Of a stretch of DNA of 32,000 nt, positions 1-7,858 are shown piece by piece (the first letter of the stretch is position 1; the number at the start of each line of letters is the position of its first letter). The stretch comes from Methylorubrum extorquens (GTDB lineage: Bacteria; Pseudomonadota; Alphaproteobacteria; Rhizobiales; Beijerinckiaceae). Location: positions 1,170,001 to 1,202,000 of the forward strand of contig LT962688.1 of NCBI GenBank assembly GCA_900234795.1. The letters run 5' to 3'. A program made the translations under genes and the position numbers. The notes under the pieces are model-generated. The model was not told where the DNA came from. It ran no database searches and saw only the letters and a program-made list of their open reading frames with translations.

Positions 1-89
1 AGCGGATGCGGTTGGAGGATTACAGGCTCACCGATCCTCCAGGGCTCCACCCTGGACCCACGAAAGGGCTTGCCCTTTCGAAACCCTGA

Positions 90-557
90 TTACCTTGGTC
101 GGTCCTGCTTGCGATCGACCTCCAGGCGTATGCCCCGGCCGGCCAGGAGGATTTCGGCAAGGAAGGCCAGGATCGCCAGGATGGTGCAGGCGAGCGCAAG
201 GCCGAAACAGGCGAACAGCACGGAGGCCGCGGAGGCGTCCCTGAGCGCGCCGACGAACAGGGTCAGCACGGCCGCGCCCGTCATCACGCCGCCGAGGCTC
301 GCCAGCACCACGGCGAGATCGAGCAGAAGCGAGCGCCGGCGCAGGTAGGCGAGGCGGCGGGCCAGCGTCGTCCGCGCCGCCTCGTCCGCACCGGGCAGGC
401 TGGCCGAGAGCGCGTCGACCTTGTCGGCGACGCGGCCGAGGCGGGTCGAGAACACGTTGAGCAGGGTCGCCAGCGCCGAGAGCAGGAAGGCGGGGGCGAG
501 CGCCACCTGGATGATGTGGGCGATGCTCTCGGGATCGCCCGTCGCGGTCTGGAACAT
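90..557 (-). CDS. Small integral membrane protein, DUF2721-like
   Basis: 155-aa ORF with ATG at 555-557. It has three long hydrophobic segments (IIQVALAPAFLLSALATLL, LAVVLASLGGVMTGAAVLTLFV, LFACFGLALACTILAILAFLA). It lies 15 nt downstream of, and on the same strand as, the LAB_N gene. The family name is recalled, not verified. Confidence 0.55.
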   Translation of the reverse strand: MFQTATGDPESIAHIIQVALAPAFLLSALATLLNVFSTRLGRVADKVDALSASLPGADEAARTTLARRLAYLRRRSLLLDLAVVLASLGGVMTGAAVLTLFVGALRDASAASVLFACFGLALACTILAILAFLAEILLAGRGIRLEVDRKQDRPR

Positions 558-572
558 GCCGTCGGGTTCGTC

Positions 573-902
573 TCAGGCCCGGCGGGCGCGGCGCCGCTCG
601 CGGAAGATGAGGGCGAGGTTGCGCAGGTAGATGAAGGTGGACAGCCCCTGCCCGATGATGATCACCGGCTCCCGGCGCACGAAGCCGTAGACCAGGGTCA
701 TCAGCCCGCCGATGATCGACAGGAACCAGAACGAGAGCGGCATCACGCTCTTGCCCGCCCGCTCGCTGGCGATCCATTGCAGGATGAAGCGCGAGCCGAA
801 CACGAGCTGCGCCCCGATGCCGAACACCAGCCAGAAATCGAAGCGGGTGACGAACACGTCGTAGAAATAGGCCGGCAGGTCCTCGGCGAGCTGGATCAGC
901 AT
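573..902 (-). CDS. Lipid-A-biosynthesis N-terminal (LAB_N) domain small membrane protein
   Basis: 109-aa ORF containing FGIGAQLVFGSRFILQWIASERAGKSVMPLSFWFLSIIGGLMTLVYG, the pattern typical of LAB_N domain proteins. Its start at 900-902 is 4 nt after the stop of the GT2 gene. Confidence 0.7.
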   Translation of the reverse strand: MLIQLAEDLPAYFYDVFVTRFDFWLVFGIGAQLVFGSRFILQWIASERAGKSVMPLSFWFLSIIGGLMTLVYGFVRREPVIIIGQGLSTFIYLRNLALIFRERRRARRA

Positions 903-906
903 GGGT

Positions 907-1680
907 TCACCGGCTCTCGCTGTGCGGGATTTCCTCGGCCCGGGGGGCCGGGCGGCGCCGCCGGATCAACCACCACACCCCGGCCAGATCGAGGATGCCG
1001 ACCCAGAGCCGGTCGAACATCCCGTAATTCGAGTGCCCGGTGAAGCGCGGCCGGTCCACCACGTCGCGGTGCACCACGCCGAACCCCTCGCGGGTGACGA
1101 GCGCCGGCATGAAGCGGTGAAGCGCGTCGAAATAGGGCAGCGTAAGGTAGACCTCGCGGCGAAACACCTTGAGCCCGCAGCCGGTATCGCGGGTGGCGTC
1201 CTTCAGGATCTTTCCGCGCACGCCGTTGGCGATCCGCGACTGGAACTGCTTCCAGGCCCCTTTCCGGCCGATCCGCTGCCCCTGTGCCAGACCGACCGTC
1301 GGGCCGGCCTGCTCGAGGGCGGCATAGAGCACGGGGATGAAGGACGGATCGTTCTGGCCGTCGCCGTCGAGCGTGGCGATGACGGGCGCGCGGGCACGCA
1401 GCACGCCGCTGCGCACCGCCCCGCTCTGGCCGCCGCCGCGGTCATGGCGCACCACCCTGAGCCACGGCTGCTTGGCCTGCAGGCCGCGGAGGGTGGCCAG
1501 CGTCGCGTCGGTCGAGCCGTCATCGACGTAGATGACCTCGAACGGCGCCAGGGTCTGGCAGGCATGGCCGATCTCGGCCACCAAGGCCTCAATGTTGCCA
1601 GCCTCGTTCTTCACCGGCACCACCACACTGAGGCGCGGCGGCCGAAAGACAGGATCTACGGACTGGGTCGTCGTGCTCAT
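907..1680 (-). CDS. Family 2 glycosyltransferase, polyprenyl-phosphate sugar synthase type (ArnC/DPM1-like)
   Basis: 257 aa with the GT2 signatures LSVVVPVKNEAGNI, VIYVDDGSTD and ATLDGDGQNDP. Its ATG overlaps the stop of the upstream GT-C gene (ATGA on the coding strand, 1677-1680). Confidence 0.85.
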   Translation of the reverse strand: MSTTTQSVDPVFRPPRLSVVVPVKNEAGNIEALVAEIGHACQTLAPFEVIYVDDGSTDATLATLRGLQAKQPWLRVVRHDRGGGQSGAVRSGVLRARAPVIATLDGDGQNDPSFIPVLYAALEQAGPTVGLAQGQRIGRKGAWKQFQSRIANGVRGKILKDATRDTGCGLKVFRREVYLTLPYFDALHRFMPALVTREGFGVVHRDVVDRPRFTGHSNYGMFDRLWVGILDLAGVWWLIRRRRPAPRAEEIPHSESR

Positions 1681-3473
1681 GGCGTGGAACCCGGCAGCGC
1701 GGCGTAGGCGGAGACCCCGACCGGCTTGCCGCCGTTGATGTTGAAGCCGGTGACCCGGCCGACGGGGCTAAGCGGTTGCCCGCCTTGGGCGGTCGTGAAT
1801 TCAGCGGCGAACCGGTCCTCGACCAGCACGACGCGGCAGCCGCCCTCCCGTAGGAAGGCGATGGCCTCCGCGCCGGAATTCAGCATGGCCAGATCCGTGC
1901 CGACGGTGAAGACGAGGCTCGGCTCGCGAAGGCCGAGGCTTGCCACACGCGGCGCCTCGCAGGGCAGGGCATCGCGGATCGCGGCGAGCCGCGGCGAGAC
2001 CTTGAGGCTTTGCAGCACCGGCTGGGTCAGGCCGAACACGGCGCCCGACAGCACCACCGAGGCAGCGACGGCGAGCACCAGAGCGCCCTCCCCTGCCTCT
2101 GGCCCTGTCCCTCGTCCCGCCCCTTTTCTCGCCCCGCGCGCAAAGGCGGCCCAGGCGAGGCCGGCGAGAACGCAGGCGGCGAACAGCAGCGGCAAGGCGG
2201 CCAGGGGCAGCACATGGTCGAGACGCCACGCGGCGAGGCTTACGCCCAGCGTCAGCCCGACCGGAATCAGCACGACGAGTCCCGCCACCCAGCGCGCACC
2301 CGGACGTCGTGGATCGAGCCCACCGCGCGACAGCGCCAGCACGGTGAGAATCGCCACCGCCGGCATCAGGGGGAGGACGTAATGCGGCAGCTTGGTCGGC
2401 ACCGCCTCGAAGATCAGCCACATCGGCACGATCCAGGCGAGCAGCAGCGCCACCGCCTCCTCGCCCCGCCGCGCCCAGGCGAAGGGAAGGCTGAGGGCGG
2501 CGAAGGCAGCACCCGGCCAGAAGGTGGCGAAGAAGGCCAGCGCGTAGGCGCCGGGCGGGCCCCAATGCTTCTCGGCGCCGGTGCCGACCTTGCCGAGCAT
2601 GTCGCGCCCCACCGCCTCGCCGAAGAAGGCGCCACCGCTCTTCCAGGCGATCGCCAGGAACCAGGGCGCCACGACCGCGAGCGTGATGAGGAGGCCTAAG
2701 CGCGGGCGCAGGTCGAGCAGCCAGCGGGCCGAGCCCTCGCGCAGACACAGCACGAAGGCGGCGAGCCCGGCAAAGAGCGGCACCATCGGCCCCTTCACGA
2801 GGATGCCGAGCGCGAGCCCGAGCCAGAAGACCAAGGCCGTCCCGAGCGAGGCCGGGCCGCGGCGCCGCTCCAACCGGGCGCGCCCGAGCCAGGCGCGAGC
2901 GAGCGCGCCGAACGCGGCGACCGCGCAGGCGGTGAGCAGCGCGTCGGTCTTGGCAAGGCGCGCTTCTGCCGAGAGCATGATGCAGGCGGAAAACAGGGCG
3001 GCGGCCAGCAGCGCCCGGCGTCGGTCGAGCAGGGCGAGGCCTGCCCAGTAGGTCAGCAGGATCGCCGCCAGCGCGCCGAGAAGCGAGGGGATCCGGTAGA
3101 GCCCGATCTGCGTGCGCGCCTGCGGCACACCGAGCGCCTCGCCGGCCGCGACGGCGGCGGCCTGGGTCCAGTAGATCCCGACCGGCTTCTTGTGGCGGGC
3201 CTCGGCCTGGAAGCGGATATCGACGAGGTCGCCCGTCTCCAGCATCTGCTTGGACGCTTGGGCAAAGCGCGGCTCGTCCCGGTCCATCGGCTGGAGCGAG
3301 GCAAGGCCCGGCAGGAAACTGGCGAGACCGATCAGCAGGAGCAGGAGGCAGGCGCGGAGATGGCTCGCGGCCCCGAAGGACAGCACCCGATCGCCAAGGC
3401 GCAGCGCGCTGTCGAGCGGCCAGCCACCCTCCGCCTGTGACAGCGCGGCCGGCGCGACGCCAAGGCGCGTCAT
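1677..3473 (-). CDS. GT-C fold glycosyltransferase, ArnT/PMT_2-like (family 39/83)
   Basis: Polytopic membrane protein. The first-loop motif MDRDEPRFAQASKQMLETGD..RFQAEARHKKPVGIYW is typical of ArnT-like enzymes. I place the start at ATG 3471-3473 (MTRLGVAP..). The 105 codons upstream in the track ORF look non-coding. Confidence 0.8.
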   Translation of the reverse strand: MTRLGVAPAALSQAEGGWPLDSALRLGDRVLSFGAASHLRACLLLLLIGLASFLPGLASLQPMDRDEPRFAQASKQMLETGDLVDIRFQAEARHKKPVGIYWTQAAAVAAGEALGVPQARTQIGLYRIPSLLGALAAILLTYWAGLALLDRRRALLAAALFSACIMLSAEARLAKTDALLTACAVAAFGALARAWLGRARLERRRGPASLGTALVFWLGLALGILVKGPMVPLFAGLAAFVLCLREGSARWLLDLRPRLGLLITLAVVAPWFLAIAWKSGGAFFGEAVGRDMLGKVGTGAEKHWGPPGAYALAFFATFWPGAAFAALSLPFAWARRGEEAVALLLAWIVPMWLIFEAVPTKLPHYVLPLMPAVAILTVLALSRGGLDPRRPGARWVAGLVVLIPVGLTLGVSLAAWRLDHVLPLAALPLLFAACVLAGLAWAAFARGARKGAGRGTGPEAGEGALVLAVAASVVLSGAVFGLTQPVLQSLKVSPRLAAIRDALPCEAPRVASLGLREPSLVFTVGTDLAMLNSGAEAIAFLREGGCRVVLVEDRFAAEFTTAQGGQPLSPVGRVTGFNINGGKPVGVSAYAALPGSTP

Positions 3474-3722
3474 CGGCGGGGCCCGCCCCCGATGGGTGCG
3501 GTCCGGCTCTGGCGGGGAGGAACGGGCATCGGCGGCTCGGGCGCGGATGAAAAAGGCCGGCGGACGGCCCGCGCCCCGGCCGGGCGCCGTGTCGATGATC
3601 CGCTTCGGATTGTCAAATGCGGAGATCCGCAGCGCCACCGGGTGCGGGGCCACCAGCAAAAAGCAACGCGACCATGCACTGGGTGGGTAGCCGGACCGGA
3701 AGGGCGACCCTATATTCCTCTC

Positions 3723-3917
3723 ATGGCAAACAACAGCGCAAATCCCTACACCCTCGAAATCGAAGCCTGCGAGCGCCCTGCCGGGCACTTCACCTGGGCC
3801 ATCCGCCGGAACGGCAAACTCTTCCAGCGCGCGGATCGCGTGCAGACCACGGAAGAGGCCGCAGAGCGTAGCGGGCTCGCCGCCCTGGAAAAGCTCCTCA
3901 GCGGCCGGGAGCGTTGA
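3723..3917 (+). CDS. Hypothetical small protein (64 aa)
   Basis: ATG at 3723. Third codon positions are strongly G/C, unlike the antisense ORF 3746-4066. No Shine-Dalgarno is visible. TATATT at 3706-3711 sits just upstream. There is a weak resemblance to a single YegP/DUF1508-type repeat (HFTWAIRRNGKLF..TTEEAAERSGLAALEKL). Confidence 0.4.
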   Translation: MANNSANPYTLEIEACERPAGHFTWAIRRNGKLFQRADRVQTTEEAAERSGLAALEKLLSGRER

Positions 3918-4055
3918 TCGGCCTTTTCGGTCGACTTACGCCTCAAATCCCTCAGACCTGACAAGGCTCCCGGGCTCGCGCCCGCGGGGCCTTTTCTATG
4001 CCGTTGATCGCCCGCGAGGCTCGGATAATCTCCCCCTGAAACGGGAGGCGAGACC

Positions 4056-5688
4056 ATGGCGCGCACGACGATCTACGACCGCGATCTCGACCCGAATCCC
4101 GCGAACTTCCAGCCGCTCACGCCGCTGACCTATCTCGATCGCGCCGCCCGCACCTTCCCGGACCGCGTTGCGGTGATCCACGGGCCCTTGCGCCGCTCCT
4201 ACGCCGATCTCTACGCCCGCTGCCGCCGCCTCGCCGCGGCTTTGGCCGCCCGCGGCATCGGCCGCGGCGACACGGTGGCGGTGCTGCTCGCCAACACGCC
4301 CGCGATGATCGAGTGTCACTACGGCGTGCCGATGACGGGGGCGGTGCTCAACACCCTCAACACCCGCCTCGACGCGGCGGCTCTGGCCTTCTGCCTCGAC
4401 CACGGCGAGGCCAAGGTCTTCATCGTCGATCGCGAGTTCGCGCGGATCGGGCGCGAGGCACTCGACAAGGCCGGGGTCTCGCCCCTCGTCATCGATTACG
4501 ACGACCCTGAATTCACCGGAGACAGCGCGCCCGTCGGCGAGACCGACTACGAAGATTTCCTCGCCGCCGGCGATCCCGATTTCGACTGGGCGATGCCGGG
4601 CGACGAGTGGGACGCGATCTCGCTGAACTACACCTCCGGCACCACCGGCGATCCGAAAGGCGTGGTCTATCACCACCGCGGTGCGGCCCTACTCTCGCTC
4701 GGCAACGTCATCACCGCCGGGCTGCCGCAGCACGCGGTCTATCTCTGGACCCTGCCGATGTTTCACTGCAACGGCTGGTGCTTCCCCTGGACGCTCTCGA
4801 TCGTCGCCGGCACCCATGTCTGCCTGCGGCAGGTGCGGGCGCCCGCGATGTACGCGGCTCTGGCCGAGCACGGCGTCACCCACCTGTCGGGCGCGCCGAT
4901 CGTGATGTCGACGCTGCTGAACGCCCCCGAGGCGCAGAAGCACCCCCTTCCCCGCAGGGTCCACTTCCTCACCGCCGCCGCGCCGCCGCCCGAGGCGGTG
5001 CTCGCCGCCATGGGCGAGGCCGGCTTCGACGTCACCCATCTCTACGGCCTGACCGAGACCTACGGCCCGGCGGTCGTGAATGCGTGGCACGAGGATTGGG
5101 ATGCGCTGTCCCGCGACGAGCAGGCCAGGAAGAAGGCCCGCCAGGGCGTGCGCTACCCCGTTCTGGAAGGGCTCGATGTGCGCGACCCCGAAACGATGGA
5201 ATCCCCTGCCCGCCGACGGCACCAGCCTTGGCGAGGTGATGTTCCGCGGCAACGTGGTGATGCGCGGCTACCTGAAGAACCCGGCCTCGACCGAGGCCGC
5301 CTTCAAGGGCGGCTGGTTCCGCTCCGGCGATCTCGGGGTGAAGCATCTCGACGGCTACATCCAGCTGAAAGACCGCTCGAAGGACATCATCATTTCGGGC
5401 GGCGAGAACATCTCCTCAATCGAGGTGGAGGACGCGTTGTTCAAGCACCCGGCGGTCGCGGCCGCCGCCGTCGTCGCCAAGCCCGACGCGAAGTGGGGCG
5501 AGACGCCCTGCGCCTTCGTCGAGCTGAAGGAGGGGCGGGAGGCGACCTCGGAGGAACTGGTCGCATGGTGCCGCGAGCGGCTCGCCCCCTACAAGCTGCC
5601 GCGCCACGTGGTGTTCGGCGAACTGCCGAAAACCTCGACGGGCAAGGTGCAGAAGTTCGTGTTGCGGGAGAAGGCGCGGGAGGAGTGA
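4056..5688 (+). pseudogene. Acyl-CoA synthetase / AMP-dependent ligase (ANL superfamily), frame broken by one extra base near 5203-5206
   Basis: The N-terminal part is in the frame of ORF 4056 (YTSGTTGDPKGV, YGLTETYG). The C-terminal part is in the frame of ORF 5080 ([36 protein letters not shown]). The switch lies between ..DPETME and [16 protein letters not shown]. The span is 1633 nt, which is 3n+1. Removing one C from the C4 run gives a continuous 543-aa protein. Confidence 0.85.
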
Positions 5689-5743
5689 AGTCCCAATACG
5701 CCATCCTGAAAGGGTCGGCCGGACGAGGTATGGACCGAGCGCT

Positions 5744-6107
5744 TCACTCCACGCCCAATTGCTGCGCGGCGCTCATGATCGCGGTCATGCGGTAGGGCTT
5801 CATCACCAGGACGCTCTCGCTCACCTGCCGGGGCTGCTCGGCGCTGTAGCCGGTCACGTAGATCACCGGCAGGGCCGGGTGCAGCACGCGCGCGCGCTCG
5901 GCGAGGTCCCAGCCGTCGAGCTGGCCCGGCAGGCGGATATCGGTGAACAGGAGATCGACCCGCCCGGCCCCCCTGGAGCAGGCCGTAGGCCTCTTCCGCG
6001 GTGCCGGCGCTGAGCACGGCGAAGCCGGCATCCTCGAACTCCATGGTCACGGCGCTGAGCAGCATCTCTTCGTCCTCGACGACGAGCACCGTCCGCTTGT
6101 CGGCCAT
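5744..6107 (-). pseudogene. Single-domain CheY-like response regulator, frame broken in a C6 (coding-strand G6) run at 5968-5973
   Basis: MADKRTVLVVEDEEMLLSAVTMEFEDAGFAVLSAGTAEEAYGLLQG is in one frame and AGRVDLLFTDIRLPGQLDGWDL...VIYVTGYS...VLVMKPY is in the next. An SD-like GGAGG lies upstream of ATG 6105-6107. The span is 364 nt (3n+1). G5 instead of G6 restores a 120-aa receiver. Confidence 0.8.
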
Positions 6108-6196
6108 ACGTCCCCCCTCCCACGTCTTCTTTTTATTCGACAGGCCCGCATCCGGAAGGCGCAAGAGCCGCATGCCTTTCGAGTGCGGGCCCACCC

Positions 6197-6242
6197 GCAT
6201 CATCTTTTTCCGAAAGCCGCTGGCCACCTTTCAGGATGATGC
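6197..6242. repeat. Palindrome-ended intergenic repeat, copy A (GCATCATC ... GATGATGC)
   Basis: gcatcatctttttccgaaagccgctggccacctttcaggatgatgc. The 8-bp terminal inverted arms are exact. Confidence 0.75.
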
Positions 6243-6259
6243 TCTTCGCTTTCGTTCTT

Positions 6260-6306
6260 GCATCATCTTTTTCCCGCAAGCCGGCGACCACCTTCCGGGA
6301 TGATGC
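6260..6306. repeat. Palindrome-ended intergenic repeat, copy B
   Basis: gcatcatctttttcccgcaagccggcgaccaccttccgggatgatgc. It has the same orientation as copy A and lies 17 bp from it. It ends 1 nt before the kinase stop codon (TAA, 6308-6310). Confidence 0.75.
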
Positions 6307-6307
6307 T

Positions 6308-7561
6308 TTAGCCCGCGACCGCCACCGGCGGCAGGAGCGGCGCAAAGCCCGGTTCGGCAACCGGGGCCTGACGCACTGCCGGACGGCTCACGGCCGGCGC
6401 CTGCGCCGGGAAAGACAGGCGCACCGTCGTTCCGGGCCTGCCGTCGCGCACGAAAGCGGCGCTGCCGCCCGATTGCTGCGCGAAGCCGAACACTTGGCTC
6501 AGCCCCAGGCCGGTCCCCTGCCCCAACGGCTTCGTGGTGAAGAACGGCTCGAAGGCCCGCGCCTCGACCTCCGGCGCCATGCCGGCTCCGGTGTCGGACA
6601 CTTCGACGGCGAACCCGTCGCCTTCGGGCAGGGGCCGGGTGGCGAGGGTGAGCGTGCCGCCCTCCGGCATCGCATCGCGGGCGTTGACCGCGAGGTTGAG
6701 GATCGCGCTCTCGAACTGGTTCGGATCGATCCTCACCCGCGGCAGGTTCGGGGCGAGATCGGTCTCCAGCCGGATGCGCGGGCCGATCGTGCCGCGCAGG
6801 AACTCGGCGAAGGAGGCGATCTGCGCGTTCACGTCGGTGCTGACCGGGGAGAGCGGTTGGCGGCGGGCGAAGGCCAGCAGCTTGTGCGTCATCGTCGCCG
6901 CCCGCTCGGCGCCCTTCACCGCATCGCGCAGGCGCGTGCGCAGGGGGCTCGCCTCAGGCAGGCCGCGCTCGACCCGGTCGAGGTTGAGCAGCACCACGTT
7001 GAGCAGGTTGTTGAAGTCGTGGGCCACGCCGCCGGTGAGCTGCCCGATCGCCTCCATCTTCTGGCTCTGGCGCAGGGCCTCCTCGGCCCGCGCGCGCTCG
7101 GCATTGGCGGCCTCCAGGGCGGCGAGCGCCGCGTCGCGCTCAGCGATACGGGCCTGCAGCGCCTCGTTAGCCTGCCGGAGTTGGGTCGGAGACGGCAAGG
7201 TCAGCGCCTTCGGGATCAGGACCCAGAGTGCCACCGCCGTGCCGATAGAGGCCATGCCGGTGATGAGCTTGACCGCGGCTTCGAGCCCGTAATCCGGCAC
7301 CCAGAGCGTCCAGATCGCCATGAGATGCGTCGCGCCGCAGGCGGTGATGAACACCGCGAACGACCAGAACATCCAGCCGAACACCACGTCGCGGCGGCGG
7401 GACACGAAATAGGCCAGTCCGACGGGGATCGAGAAATAGGCGAAGGCGATCAGGCTGTCGGAGACGACATGCGTCCAGATCAGCTCCGGACGCCACAGCA
7501 GACAGATGCCGTGGGGCGAAAGGTTTTCGACCTCCCACAGCCGCCGCAGAAGTTCGAGCAT
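6308..7561 (-). CDS. Sensor histidine kinase with N-terminal ETR1-like ethylene-binding membrane domain
   Basis: The C-terminal half has an H-box (QLTGGVAHDFNNLLNVV), N-box (LNLAVNARDAM), G1 (DTGAGM), F-box (FEPFFTTK) and G2 (GTGLGLS). The N-terminal part, SDSLIAFAYFSIPVGLAYFV..FAVFITACGATHLMAIWTLW, matches ETR1 [38 protein letters not shown]. I prefer the start at ATG 7559-7561 (MLELLRRLW). The track start at 7615 is an alternative. Confidence 0.85.
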   Translation of the reverse strand: MLELLRRLWEVENLSPHGICLLWRPELIWTHVVSDSLIAFAYFSIPVGLAYFVSRRRDVVFGWMFWSFAVFITACGATHLMAIWTLWVPDYGLEAAVKLITGMASIGTAVALWVLIPKALTLPSPTQLRQANEALQARIAERDAALAALEAANAERARAEEALRQSQKMEAIGQLTGGVAHDFNNLLNVVLLNLDRVERGLPEASPLRTRLRDAVKGAERAATMTHKLLAFARRQPLSPVSTDVNAQIASFAEFLRGTIGPRIRLETDLAPNLPRVRIDPNQFESAILNLAVNARDAMPEGGTLTLATRPLPEGDGFAVEVSDTGAGMAPEVEARAFEPFFTTKPLGQGTGLGLSQVFGFAQQSGGSAAFVRDGRPGTTVRLSFPAQAPAVSRPAVRQAPVAEPGFAPLLPPVAVAG

Positions 7562-7621
7562 CAACCCCGGTCCCCCGCTCCGCCGCGCACGATCCCGAAG
7601 GCTGCGCAGGCCCATGCGACA

Positions 7622-7662
7622 GCATCGTCCCGAAAGATGGCCCCAGGCTTTCGCGACGATGC
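7622..7662. repeat. Palindrome-ended intergenic repeat, copy C (inverted relative to A/B)
   Basis: gcatcgtcccgaaagatggccccaggctttcgcgacgatgc. It aligns with the reverse complement of copies A and B and has terminal arms GCATCGTC/GACGATGC. It lies just upstream of the kinase gene. Confidence 0.65.
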
Positions 7663-7858
7663 TCGAACAAAAATCCGCGGCATCGCTCCGGGTTCGATTT
7701 CCAGGACGAGGCCCGAGACATGAACGATCGGGCGCGCCGGCGAATGCGGCCTGCCCTCACCCCAAATCTCTACGCGAGACACCGGCGCCGACCAAACATT
7801 AAGTCTTACTTAACCCTATTCGCTCATCACCGAGGGTGGCTTTCGAGGGCGGGCGCGA

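Noticed and set aside
15-80. Cluster of short hairpins at the left edge: GGAGGAT..ATCCTCC, CCAGGG..CCCTGG and CGAAAGGGC-tt-GCCCTTTCG.
   Set aside because: This could be a terminator or repeat element downstream of the DUF2721-like gene. It is cut by the window boundary and lacks U tracts, so there is not enough context to call it.
3474-3788. A 105-codon N-terminal extension of the ArnT-like ORF in the track.
   Set aside because: The extension has no membrane or glycosyltransferase features. The internal ATG at 3471-3473 gives an N-terminus followed quickly by the first transmembrane helix and the conserved DEPRFAQA loop.
7689-7702. GGTTCGATTTCC, a T-loop-like string.
   Set aside because: The flanking bases cannot form a T stem or a cloverleaf, so it is a chance match in an intergenic region.
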